42,973 nt of DNA from Candidatus Parabeggiatoa communis (GTDB taxonomy: Bacteria > Pseudomonadota > Gammaproteobacteria > Beggiatoales > Beggiatoaceae): assembly GCA_035871815.2 (NCBI GenBank), contig JAYQWI020000688.1, positions 1 through 42,973 on the forward strand. The letters run 5' to 3'. The notes under the pieces were generated by a model. That model was not told the DNA's origin, made no database searches, and saw only the letters and a list, made by a program, of their open reading frames with translations. Below are positions 23,173 through 33,016 of the stretch, piece after piece (position 1 is the first letter of the stretch; each line of letters opens with the position of its first letter). The position numbers were made by a program, and so were the translations under genes.

Positions 23173-23583
23173 CCATCTGCGTAGGCTGATAACAAAATCA
23201 ATTAAATCCTCTAACACGTACATAAATGTACAAAAAGGAGTCAAGCTCACGTTTAGGTTCTTTAACATAACCTACTGATTTCTAGTAGTAAGTAACAATA
23301 TAAAAAACAGGCACAAGCTGATTGACTTGACAACAACATACTTTGCTAAAAAAACAGCTTCTTTCAATGATTTTATTGATACTGCTTACAAATAAAATTG
23401 CTGACAGATCAAATCTGGGTAAATCAAAGAGTGATGTTATAAAAATGATTTGTCAACAGAAATCACTTCCTGTTCATTATTAACATTACAAACCCGAAGT
23501 TATGTTAATATTCGCCCTAAATATGTGAGATAAAAATGAAAACGCTTTAACAAAAAAATAATAAGATACCTACGGTCTTTGAC
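23173..23583 (-). promoter_or_regulatory. L10 (rplJ) leader autoregulatory RNA, expanded by an internal insertion
   Basis: Minus-strand halves GTCAAAGACCGTAGGT (23568-23583) and CCTACGCAGATGG (23173-23185) match the proteobacterial L10 leader, and CGTAGG pairs with CCTACG. Confidence 0.7.
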
Positions 23584-23719
23584 GACTACTTTTAAATTTC
23601 AAAATAGCACAAAGTCACATTATCATAATTGATTTAGATTTGTTAATATTCTTTTTTTTTTAGTTCTAATGATTTTCAATATTTAGTGAAAACATGTCTT
23701 ATCACAAAAAACAAAATAA

Positions 23720-24409
23720 CTAAAAACTGGCATGGTCCACTGCAACCCCTGATCCCATAGTGGTTGAAACAGTCACTTTCTTCATGTAAATGCCTTTCGA
23801 GGTACTTGGTTTTGCTTTTTGTAAATCCGCCATCAAGGCTTGCAAATTTTGTCGTAAAGCTTGGCTGCTAAACGAAACATTGCCTAAGGGACAATGAATA
23901 ATACCCCCCTTATCAGTCCGATAACGTACTTGGCCTGCCTTAGCATTTTTGACTGCTGTAGCAATATCGGGTGTTACAGTACCCACTTTAGGATTAGGCA
24001 TCAAACCACGCGGCCCCAGAATTTTGCCCAAAGGCCCCACTACTCGCATGGCATCAGGAGAAGCAATCACAACATCAAAATCCAAAAAGCCCCCTTTGAT
24101 TTTATCAGCCAAATCTTCCAAACCCACAACATCAGCTCCCGCTTCAACGGCAGCCGTCGCATTCGCACCTTGAGTAAAGACAGCAACTCGCACTGTTTTA
24201 CCCGTGCCATGAGGCAACACAGTAGAACCACGTACAATCTGGTCAGATTTACGCACATCAACACCTAAGTTAATACTGACATCGACAGATTCTGTGAATT
24301 TAGCCGGCGGGAAAGATTTCAATAATTCAAACGCTTCATCGACAGGATAATATTTCCCAGCCTGCAACTTTTCCTTAATCGCCCTTATGCGTTTTGATCG
24401 TTTTGCCAT
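23720..24409 (-). CDS. rplA: 50S ribosomal protein L1
   Basis: [30 protein letters not shown]. Confidence 0.99.
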   Translation of the reverse strand: MAKRSKRIRAIKEKLQAGKYYPVDEAFELLKSFPPAKFTESVDVSINLGVDVRKSDQIVRGSTVLPHGTGKTVRVAVFTQGANATAAVEAGADVVGLEDLADKIKGGFLDFDVVIASPDAMRVVGPLGKILGPRGLMPNPKVGTVTPDIATAVKNAKAGQVRYRTDKGGIIHCPLGNVSFSSQALRQNLQALMADLQKAKPSTSKGIYMKKVTVSTTMGSGVAVDHASF

Positions 24410-24841
24410 TTAAAGCCCCTCCACCTCAAGTCCCATACTCCGCGCACTGCCTGCAATTGTACGCACTGCTGATTCTTGATTTGATGCCGTTAAATCAGGC
24501 ATTTTTAGATTCGCAATTTCCTCTAACTGCGCTCGTGTCACCCTCCCAACTTTATGAGTATTTGGTGTTTTACTACCACTTTCAATCCCGGCTGCCTTTT
24601 TCAATAGAATTGAAGCTGGTGGTGTTTTAAGAACAAAAGTAAAACTACGATCTTGATAAGCCGTGATAACGACAGGTGTCGGCATACCTGCCTCAAGGTG
24701 TTGGCTTTGTGCATTAAAAGCCTTACAAAACTCCATGATATTGAGCCCATGTTGACCTAATGCAGGACCCACAGGAGGGCTCGGATTGGCTTGTCCAGCT
24801 TTAACTTGCAACTTAATATAGGCAGCTACTTTTTTTGCCAT
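24410..24841 (-). CDS. rplK: 50S ribosomal protein L11
   Basis: [22 protein letters not shown]. Confidence 0.99.
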   Translation of the reverse strand: MAKKVAAYIKLQVKAGQANPSPPVGPALGQHGLNIMEFCKAFNAQSQHLEAGMPTPVVITAYQDRSFTFVLKTPPASILLKKAAGIESGSKTPNTHKVGRVTRAQLEEIANLKMPDLTASNQESAVRTIAGSARSMGLEVEGL

Positions 24842-25140
24842 GATAAAAAAATCCTTATATAAACGCCCTAAGCTTTCTTTGATGAAAGAAAAGCCTCAAA
24901 CGGAAAATTCGTTCCTTTTTGTTAATTAAATTTATTAAAATTTATTAATGATAAAGGCGATTTTTGAAAAACATATATACCAGTCGCTGCTAGACGAATC
25001 AGAACCCAGGCTATTTATAAATATAAATAAGCCGGTAATTTCTTGTATCGGAAATCGCCTAAATTCAATTGATGGAAAATTTGCACAGGGAATGAATATG
25101 TGGGAAAGAATAGCCCTCCTCTTTCTTCCATAATCAATCA

Positions 25141-25704
25141 TTATTCTTTTTCAACCTGTCCAAATTCTAACTCTACAGGTGTCGAACGCCCAAAAATCAA
25201 AACAGCAACACGCAAGCGGTTTTTTTCATAATTAACTTCTTCAACCACCCCATTAAAGTCGGCAAAAGGGCCCGAAGTGACACGGACAACCTCTCCCACT
25301 TCAAACAAAACTTTAGGACGAGGTTTAGTAGCCCCCTCTTGAACACGTTGTAAAATGGCTTGAGCTTCCTTATCGGAAAGAGGTGTAGGTGGAACAAACT
25401 GACCGCTTTTACCCTTTTGATTTTGGGTAGTGGTACCGATGAAGCACAAAACTTTAGGCACATTCTTAACAACATGCCACGTTTCATCATTCATTTCCAT
25501 TTCTACCAACACATACCCCGGATAAAGTTTACGGTCACTTTTACGTTTAACACCATCACGCATTTCAACCACTTCTTCCGTAGGGACTAAAATCTGGCCA
25601 AAACGGTCTTCCAAGCCACGGAGTTTGATTCGTTCTTCAAGAGATAACTTGACACTTTTTTCAAAATTTGAATATGTATGTACGACATACCACCGCAAGG
25701 CCAC
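25141..25704 (-). CDS. nusG: Transcription termination/antitermination factor NusG
   Basis: [21 protein letters not shown] motif [18 protein letters not shown]; likely GTG start at 25704. Confidence 0.97.
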   Translation of the reverse strand: MALRWYVVHTYSNFEKSVKLSLEERIKLRGLEDRFGQILVPTEEVVEMRDGVKRKSDRKLYPGYVLVEMEMNDETWHVVKNVPKVLCFIGTTTQNQKGKSGQFVPPTPLSDKEAQAILQRVQEGATKPRPKVLFEVGEVVRVTSGPFADFNGVVEEVNYEKNRLRVAVLIFGRSTPVELEFGQVEKE

Positions 25705-25705
25705 A

Positions 25706-26086
25706 TTAACCCCCTTGCCCAGTGAATAAGCGTACAAGCCACAGTAAAATGCTGTCGACTGTCCAAATAATTAAGGCCAACAGCACAACCATAAGTAAAA
25801 CAACACCAGTCATTTGGACGGTTTCTTGCCGTGTGGGCCAGACTACTCTCCGAACCTCAAGATGCGATTCTTTGAGAAAATATAATGTAGAACGGCCTTT
25901 TTCGGTGGTCGAAGCAACCCAGGCTGCAATGCCAATAACTAGCAATAAACTGATAACACGTAATAGTAGCGAATGTTCTTCAAAATAATGGAAACTGACA
26001 ATGCTGCCTCCAAGTAACAGAATAACGAGCAACCATTTCAAAGTGTCCAGTTTGTTTGAGGCATGAGCGTCTGTTTTAGTACTCAT
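25706..26086 (-). CDS. secE: Preprotein translocase SecE (3-TM type)
   Basis: [13 protein letters not shown]; start trimmed to MSTKT because the longer ORF overlaps tRNA-Trp. Confidence 0.96.
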   Translation of the reverse strand: MSTKTDAHASNKLDTLKWLLVILLLGGSIVSFHYFEEHSLLLRVISLLLVIGIAAWVASTTEKGRSTLYFLKESHLEVRRVVWPTRQETVQMTGVVLLMVVLLALIIWTVDSILLWLVRLFTGQGG

Positions 26087-26122
26087 TAGAGAAAGGTGTT
26101 TGATTACTTCTAATAGAAAAAA

Positions 26123-26198
26123 TGGCAGGGCAGGAGAGACTCGAACTCCCAATTTTGCGTTTGGAGCGCAACGTTTTGCCAATTAAAACTACTGCCCC
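26123..26198 (-). tRNA. tRNA-Trp (CCA)
   Basis: GGGGCAG..TTGCG-CTCCAAA-CGCAA..GGGAG-TTCGAGT-CTCTC-CTGCCCT-GCCA; cloverleaf folds, canonical position between tuf and secE. Confidence 0.92.
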
Positions 26199-26759
26199 AT
26201 GGGATTTTGATTTAAATATATTAATATTCTACTTAGTAGTCATAAAAAAATACTTTATTAACTACTGAATCTTAAAAGATTTGGGTATTTTTTATGCTTT
26301 TTGTTGCTGTTGTTTTTATAGAGTCAATTAACTAATACTAGTTAATATGAATAATAACCTATTAATTATCAAGTACTCATTTTCAAAAATTCCCAGAAAT
26401 AAGAACTCTTCTTGTCAAACCTCATTTCTTATCAGAATGCTTTGATTGACTCAATAACGAATGAAATTTAGTATAGAAGGTAATTGTTCGTCAAGGTTAA
26501 AGAAAATGAAAATTAAACTCGTTTTAGCTTTAATAACAAACTATCCATTATTCAGCAAATCTAAATACCCTCTATCTAAATAAGGTAAATACGCAAAACT
26601 GAAAGCGCGAATGACATTTATGTCGCAATAATTACTTACTTTTTTATTAAATAACTTTTTTATTAAATAATCAGTAAGGGAGCTTGGCTCATATACTACA
26701 TGGTCATAAACAGATCAATTCGCGATTGCGAATCATTAATTCCTTATGATATAAAATTG

Positions 26760-27950
26760 TTATTCAATAATTTTAGAGACAACACCAGCACCAACAGTAC
26801 GTCCACCCTCACGAATAGCAAAACGTAAGCCATCTTCCATTGCAATCGGTACAATCAGTTTGACTATCATTTTGACATTATCACCTGGCATAACCATTTC
26901 TATTCCTTCAGGCAGATCACACGCACCGGTCACATCTGTGGTACGGAAATAAAATTGTGGACGATAGCCGTTGAAGAAAGGGGTATGTCGTCCTCCTTCA
27001 TCTTTACCTAAGACATACACTTCGCATTCAAAGTGTGTATGGGGTGTAATCGTTTTGGGCTTAGCTAACACCTGACCACGTTCAACCTCATCGCGTTTTG
27101 TACCTCGCAATAAAACACCCACATTATCACCCGCAACCCCTTCATCAAGTAGTTTGCGGAACATTTCAACCCCAGTACAGATCGTTTTGATCGTATCACG
27201 AATGCCTACAATTTCAACTTCCTCACCAACTTTAACTTTGCCGCGTTCAACACGTCCTGTTACCACTGTACCCCGTCCTGAGATACTGAACACATCTTCA
27301 ATCGGCATCAGGAAGCTTTGATCAATATCGCGCTCTGGCTCTGGAATGTAGTCATCCATAGCTTCAATCAATTTAAAAATTGATGGAATACCAATATCAC
27401 TGGTGTCACCCTCTAAGGCTTTCAAGGCAGAACCGGTTACTATGGGCGTGTCATCCCCTGGAAATTGATAGAGATCTAATAGTTCACGAACTTCCATTTC
27501 CACCAATTCTAGCAATTCCTCATCATCTACCATGTCGGCCTTATTTAAATACACGACAATATAAGGCACACCAACTTGACGGGCTAATAAAATATGCTCA
27601 CGAGTTTGGGGCATTGGCCCATCGGCAGCCGACACAACAAGTATGGCACCATCCATCTGCGCCGCACCGGTAATCATATTCTTAATGTAGTCAGCATGTC
27701 CTGGACAATCTACATGGGCGTAATGACGTTTCTCCGATTGATACTCAACATGCGCCGTGGCAATCGTTATACCGCGTGCTTTTTCTTCAGGCGCATTGTC
27801 AATTTGGTCATAAGCTTTGAACTCGCCGCCATACTTCTCCGCCAAGGTTTTTGTCATTGCCGCCGTTAAAGTCGTTTTGCCATGATCCACATGGCCTATT
27901 GTACCCACATTGAGATGCGGCTTGCTGCGATCAAATTTTGCCTTAGACAT
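26760..27950 (-). CDS. tuf: Elongation factor Tu
   Basis: [28 protein letters not shown]. Confidence 0.99.
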   Translation of the reverse strand: MSKAKFDRSKPHLNVGTIGHVDHGKTTLTAAMTKTLAEKYGGEFKAYDQIDNAPEEKARGITIATAHVEYQSEKRHYAHVDCPGHADYIKNMITGAAQMDGAILVVSAADGPMPQTREHILLARQVGVPYIVVYLNKADMVDDEELLELVEMEVRELLDLYQFPGDDTPIVTGSALKALEGDTSDIGIPSIFKLIEAMDDYIPEPERDIDQSFLMPIEDVFSISGRGTVVTGRVERGKVKVGEEVEIVGIRDTIKTICTGVEMFRKLLDEGVAGDNVGVLLRGTKRDEVERGQVLAKPKTITPHTHFECEVYVLGKDEGGRHTPFFNGYRPQFYFRTTDVTGACDLPEGIEMVMPGDNVKMIVKLIVPIAMEDGLRFAIREGGRTVGAGVVSKIIE

Positions 27951-28000
27951 ATTTATTAAGCCTTTATAAACTAAATGTATAGTTTTTTATGTTGTTATTA

Positions 28001-28076
28001 TGGAGCCCATAACCGGATTTGAACCGGTGACCTCACCCTTACCAAGGGTGTGCTCTACCAACTGAGCTATATGGGC
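28001..28076 (-). tRNA. tRNA-Thr (GGT)
   Basis: GCCCATATAGCTCAG..CACCC-TTGGTAA-GGGTG..GGTTCAAATCC..GGGCTCCA. Confidence 0.97.
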
Positions 28077-28119
28077 ATAAAATCATTTAACAATTTGAAA
28101 ATAATTGTTTAATTCTGAT

Positions 28120-28193
28120 TGGAGCGGGTGATGGGAATCGAACCCACGCTATCAGCTTGGAAGGCTGAAGTTCTACCATTGAACTACACCCGC
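28120..28193 (-). tRNA. tRNA-Gly (TCC)
   Basis: GCGGGTGTAGTTCAATGGTAGAAC..TCAGC-CTTCCAA-GCTGA..GGTTCGATTCC..CCGCTCCA. Confidence 0.97.
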
Positions 28194-28367
28194 TTACAGC
28201 TAGGATTGACGCATTGACAAATTCAACTGATTTCAATTACAAGTCTTTAAATAACTCATTTCTTAAGCAGACGCAAAAGAGATTTAAATAGACTAATTTA
28301 AAAAAATTAAATAGTGACTTATAGGGGGGCGTCAATTTTCAAAGTTTGAATGATGGGTTTTGAGTTT

Positions 28368-28455
28368 TAGTGGAGGGGAGGATTTGAACCTTTGTAGGCC
28401 GTTAAGCTTACAGCATTTACAGTTTGCCCTTAGCAAACCACTCGGGCACCCCTCC
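28368..28455 (-). pseudogene. Degenerate tRNA-Tyr copy
   Basis: GGAGGGGTGCCCGAGTGGTT..CAAACTGTAAATGCTG..AGGTTCAAATCCTCCCCTCCACTA aligns to the intact tRNA-Tyr but has a broken anticodon stem, a deletion in the T/acceptor arm and CTA in place of CCA. Confidence 0.75.
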
Positions 28456-28911
28456 CTAAATCTCTGTCAAAAAATATGGGTTAAAATTATAAGTATGTTT
28501 TATAAATAAAAAATGGCTTTATAACACTACAATTTTTCACCTATTGATTTTATATTCAATTCAATTACCCTGTTTTTTTAAATTAAACTAAACTTGTTGC
28601 GAAATTAAATAATTTTTGAATATGAAATCCGTTTTTACGGATTAGCATTTGACAATCAAATATTTGATATTAATCTGTCAAATTGATTTTCACTACTGCA
28701 TTATTTTGCAAGACTTCTATCGGTTAGCGTTTTTTGGCTACAACTATTTATTACACTTTTATTTGTAATAATCTATTTCTTAGTAATTATGTATTTCTTA
28801 GTGTAGTGAGTAGATTATTGGTGATGCAACCAAATTAAATTCTAATCATGTCAAATCTAATAAGTGATTAAGAATCTGAACTGAACAATCATTTTTTTAA
28901 TTTGCTTAGAT

Positions 28912-28996
28912 TGGTGGAGGGGGGAGGATTCGAACCTCCGAAGGCTATGCCAGCAGATTTACAGTCTGACCCCTTTGACCGCTCGGGAACCCCTCC
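28912..28996 (-). tRNA. tRNA-Tyr (GTA)
   Basis: GGAGGGGTTCCCGAGCGGTCAAAGGGG-TCAGA-CTGTAAA-TCTG..long variable arm..GGTTCGAATCC..CCTCCACCA. Confidence 0.97.
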
Positions 28997-29003
28997 AAAT
29001 TAA

Positions 29004-29041
29004 GAGGCGCGCATTATGAAGACTTTTATTAAAAATGTCAA
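29004..29041 (-). promoter_or_regulatory. Sigma70 promoter with GC-rich discriminator for the tRNA-tuf operon
   Basis: TTGACA-17 nt-CATAAT-GCGCGCC immediately upstream of tRNA-Tyr. Confidence 0.8.
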
Positions 29042-29357
29042 CTCTATTAGATATATTTTTTTTCTCTTCATTTATATTGTCTCTGTAAAATAGCCAATTA
29101 AATTATAAATGATTGATTTTATTATCATTAAAATAATCATAGTTATTATTATTTTGTGCTGACTTAAATAGGGTAATTGGAGATTAATGATTAAATAATG
29201 AATAGGTAGTCAGTTGGATAGAAAATGATTGATAAAGCGAAGACAGCAATAGGTAAGTAAATTAGTGTATTTTCTTGGGGTTAAAAACAGTTCGTCATTA
29301 GTATGAACAAATGTTGACAAATATTTATTTTTATTGACATCGAACATGGCTTGACAA

Positions 29358-29592
29358 CCGTTCTTCTATATTTTTACATAATATATGTAACATTAATATG
29401 TACGGTGAGTTCCGCCGAAACTAACGTCTGTCAAATATGAGAACGTGAGTCCTGTGGGAATATGGGCCTCCGTACCTACCTCTGTAAAATCCCCTCTAGG
29501 GGAGCATAGAGCAAGAACCAAGCCTTTCCTCATGGGCAATCTCAGGGCATAAACAGAAAAGTGAACACTTGTCTGCCCAAATCGGAAAACGG
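29358..29592 (+). mobile_element. Non-autonomous miniature IS607-like element retaining the tnpB 3' end / omegaRNA-like region
   Basis: Left end CCGTTCTTCTATATTTTTACATAA and right end GGAAAACGG; internal TGTACGGTGAGTTCCGCCGAAACTAACGTCTG..CCTGTGG..AGCAAGAACCAAGC resembles tnpB 3' tails as I recall them; no ORF. Confidence 0.55.
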
Positions 29593-29713
29593 TAATCGCT
29601 GTTGTCTCTTCAACAATGGGTTATGAAATGTTTTCAAGTTTGGTTAATAGTATTTATTCAATTTATAAATACGAACAATTCAATTGATGAACGTTTGAGC
29701 AAGTTGAAATCAT

Positions 29714-29843
29714 TAGACTTGTTGCGAAATAAAAACGCGAAATTATAAAAATTGATTGATAAATCAAAGACTTAAATATTTAAACGCCGTATCTTAAAAT
29801 TCATTTAATTTCAAACACTTAAAGTTATTTAGCAACAAGTCTA
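29714..29843. mobile_element. MITE-like element, TAGACTTGT family
   Basis: Perfect 12-bp inverted ends TAGACTTGTTGC and GCAACAAGTCTA. Confidence 0.65.
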
Positions 29844-30122
29844 TTTAGTCATGAAAAGCTTTTTTTACTCCCGTTGAAAGCGATAGATTGCAAAGCGAGT
29901 TATTTGTGTTGCGTACTCAAGTTTTAACGAATTGGAAATGAAGGTAAAGAAAAATTCACAATTACTGAAGATGTCCAAAAAGTTTGTCAATCATTGATTT
30001 TTATTTGCCTATCCACGTCTTTGAAAAGACGCTATGCAAAAAATACTCTTTATTTTTTCAGTAATATGCTAATAAATGTCAATAGTTTTTTTTGTTACTA
30101 CAAAAATATAAAAAATGGGTCA

Positions 30123-30839
30123 TTAGGTCATAAAATTTTGCCACAAACATTTCCCACCACTGGCTTTTTCAATCGCGATTAAACATTGTTCATGTGCCCG
30201 CAATTCTTCTTCAGAGGGGGTAATTCTAACCAAAATCGCTCTTTGTGATGGAATAGGTTTAAGTTGTTTCATTATATTGGCGTTGTTCGATTCATTTGTG
30301 TTTCTTTGAACTAACAAACTGACTTGTCCACCTGTCATTGCTAAATACACTTCAGCAAGAATTTTTGCATCAAGTAATGCGCCATGCCTTTGACGAGTGG
30401 AATTATCGACGTGATAGCGTTTACATAAAGCATCAAGAGTGTTTTTTTGGCCTGGGTGACGTTTTCTTGCTAAGGCTAAGGTATCTGTAATTTTTTGACA
30501 ATAATGAGTAACGGCTTGCCTGTTAAGTAATCCCAGTTCATAGTTGATAAAACCGACATCAAATTCCGCATTGTGGATAATCAGTTCCGCTCCTTTGATA
30601 AAGTCTATAAATTTATCGACTATCTCTGCAAAACGGGGTTTATCTTGGAGAAATTCATCAGTGATGTTGTGAACAGTGCGAGCTTCTGCATCAATTTTGC
30701 GGTTAGGTTGTAGGTATTGATGATAACGCTCGTCAGTGATGTGTCGGTTTGATATTTCTACGCAGCCTATTTCAATAATGCGGTGGCCTTGAGATGTCTC
30801 AAGGCCGGTGGTTTCTGTGTCTAGGACAATTTGACGCAT
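30123..30839 (-). CDS. dnaQ: DNA polymerase III epsilon subunit
   Basis: LDTETTG, HNAEFD, HGALLDA exonuclease motifs; AMTGGQVSL clamp-binding motif. Confidence 0.97.
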   Translation of the reverse strand: MRQIVLDTETTGLETSQGHRIIEIGCVEISNRHITDERYHQYLQPNRKIDAEARTVHNITDEFLQDKPRFAEIVDKFIDFIKGAELIIHNAEFDVGFINYELGLLNRQAVTHYCQKITDTLALARKRHPGQKNTLDALCKRYHVDNSTRQRHGALLDAKILAEVYLAMTGGQVSLLVQRNTNESNNANIMKQLKPIPSQRAILVRITPSEEELRAHEQCLIAIEKASGGKCLWQNFMT

Positions 30840-31101
30840 AGTTCATAAAGTACTTTCTTCTTGGGAAAGACTGGGTGAAGGATAATTTACAAAACAAAAT
30901 CAACCATTTAACTCTACAAGTCAGTGATGTGTTGCTTTGGGATTTCTACGTAGCCTATTTCAATAATACGGTGGCTTTGAGATGTCTCAATGCATCTGGT
31001 TTCTGTGTCTAGAACTAATTTGAGGCATAGTTCATAAAGTACTTTATTCTGGGGAAAAACGGGGTAAAGGGGGATTTACAAAACGAAGTTAACCCGTTAA
31101 C
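30732..31101 (-). repeat. Diverged tandem duplication (about 189-bp period) of the dnaQ 5' end and upstream region
   Basis: 30732-30912 aligns with 30920-31101, with shared blocks GTCAGTGATGTGT, AGCCTATTTCAATAAT, TGAGATGTCTCAA, GGTTTCTGTGTCTAG and GCATAGTTCATAAAGTACTTT. Confidence 0.9.
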
Positions 31102-31262
31102 CGTTTGATTCCAATATAACATTTTTAAAAAAAGTTCTTATAGACTCCAGTAAGTTATTCTATAATCAAAATGGCTGCGGCTTAGCAGTTCCACCCAACT
31201 TATCGCAAAATTATCAACTTCTATTTCTTACTTGCATGATTTTGTAGGGATTGCTCACGACT

Positions 31263-32075
31263 TTAATTTTCCTTAAAATGTGTTGTACCAACCGCTCCTG
31301 CAACTAAAGCTGGTTGAGTCAGCCATTTAGACTTAATAGGGGTTAAGGTAGTAACTCGTTTTTTGGCAACCAGCAGATACACAGCCCCAAAATTGCCTGT
31401 CCAATGTGAGCCTATTTTTTCCAAAAATGTCGTGTAATTCCTAAAGCGTTCATTCTGAAAAGGCAGGGCAAAAAAGAATGTTTGTTGTTTTTTCAATTCA
31501 AAGCCTAACAAGGTTAACCAATCTTTAATGCGTAATAACGATAGGAATCTACCACACCACGGGGCTGTTTCGCGCCCGGCAAAAAACCAGTGCCAAATCC
31601 CCCATAAACTCACGGGGTTAAAGCCCAATATGACGATATGACCTTCTGGGATTAAGATTCGTTCCACTTCGCGCAAAATTTCATCTGGATTGTCTTCAAA
31701 TTCCAAAATATGCGGCAACACGACAACATCAAGGCTGTCTTGGGCAAAAGGCAAGGCATCGGCTTTTGCAAAAATACTTGAGTAAGGTTTATAAATGGTA
31801 TCGGTAGGCGGATTTATGAATTTATGAATTTCAGAATGTCTAAAAGCATTATTTTTGAAACTTCTCAACTCATCAACTTCTAAACTTAACACGCAACGAT
31901 GCATAATGCGACTGCTTTCTAGCAATCTGCCATCCCATAAGCTGCCTATTTGCAACAAATGATAGCCAAATAAATGGGGTATAATTTGTTGCAAGACACT
32001 AAGTTCTTCGCTCAATAAGCGCCCTCCCAGTGGGGTTTCAAACCACCTATTAAGCTGTGTAGAGCGAATACCCAT
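31263..32075 (-). CDS. YafS-like class I SAM-dependent methyltransferase
   Basis: WFETPLG, LFGYHLLQIG, LPFAQDSLDVVVLPHILEF, GFNPVSLWG; adjacent to dnaQ. Confidence 0.9.
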   Translation of the reverse strand: MGIRSTQLNRWFETPLGGRLLSEELSVLQQIIPHLFGYHLLQIGSLWDGRLLESSRIMHRCVLSLEVDELRSFKNNAFRHSEIHKFINPPTDTIYKPYSSIFAKADALPFAQDSLDVVVLPHILEFEDNPDEILREVERILIPEGHIVILGFNPVSLWGIWHWFFAGRETAPWCGRFLSLLRIKDWLTLLGFELKKQQTFFFALPFQNERFRNYTTFLEKIGSHWTGNFGAVYLLVAKKRVTTLTPIKSKWLTQPALVAGAVGTTHFKEN

Positions 32076-32136
32076 TAGGATTGATGGCTTTATGGGTGAT
32101 AAAAGCAGTTTAAATGGGTATCAAGAATAGCTCGAT

Positions 32137-32460
32137 CTAAAACGGTATTTTCATGCCTTCGGGCAATGTCAATCCGCCTGTTAAACCGGCTAATTTTTCT
32201 TGACTGGTTTTTTCGACTTTGCGTACAGCATCATTGATGGCAGCAGCTACCAAGTCTTCTAGCATTTCTTTGTCTTCGCCCATCAGGGTAGGATCGATTT
32301 CGACACGGCGCACATCATGCCGCCCCGTCATAGACACTCTAACCATGCCACCACCTGATTCGCCAATAATTTCTAGGTGGGCTAATTCTTTTTGGGCATC
32401 TTGAAAGTCTGTTTTCATTTTTTGGGCTTGTTTCATTAAGCTGCCAAGTCCGCTTTTCAT
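32137..32460 (-). CDS. ybaB: YbaB/EbfC nucleoid-associated protein
   Basis: [29 protein letters not shown]. Confidence 0.96.
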   Translation of the reverse strand: MKSGLGSLMKQAQKMKTDFQDAQKELAHLEIIGESGGGMVRVSMTGRHDVRRVEIDPTLMGEDKEMLEDLVAAAINDAVRKVEKTSQEKLAGLTGGLTLPEGMKIPF

Positions 32461-33016
32461 TGTTTGTCCTCTATCATCAAATCAATTAGTGTGTTTTATG
32501 AGGCCCTTATGTGAATTTTGTTAGCGTTTTGAAAACATTCCCCCAACATTGAATGATAATGGGGGCAAAAGTTCTATTTTTTCCTGTATGAGTAGATACT
32601 AGCTAAAAAACGCTAAATTTTGTTCAGTTTATAACTGAATAAAGGGATGGTCAAGCCATTTAGTTCTATATAAATTTTCCGTTTTCAATAATCAAAATAT
32701 TCTATCTATTTTTATCCAAGGTCCAATAGATTATCGAACAAACTATAGTTGTTCATAACTTCAAAAACTCAATAGTAGTCGTTATCAGTTAATAAAAGAG
32801 CTATCTAATGAGGATTCCCATAAATCAATTAGCCTCAACGACAATATGAAACCATTTTTTAATCACAGGTATTTTACCCGGCCATAAGTCGTCGCACACA
32901 GCCTCCTATTCTAGCTTGATTGTTAAGCTGTTTTTTGAATAGACAATCCGTTTTTTTAATACCTAAATTTATCAAGTTTATTCTGTAAAAAGAGATACGC
33001 TTATTAAACACATATT

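Noticed and set aside
24935-25141. Opposing 61-aa and 68-aa ORFs between nusG and rplK
   Set aside because: No recognisable family; they cannot be supported without homology or expression data.
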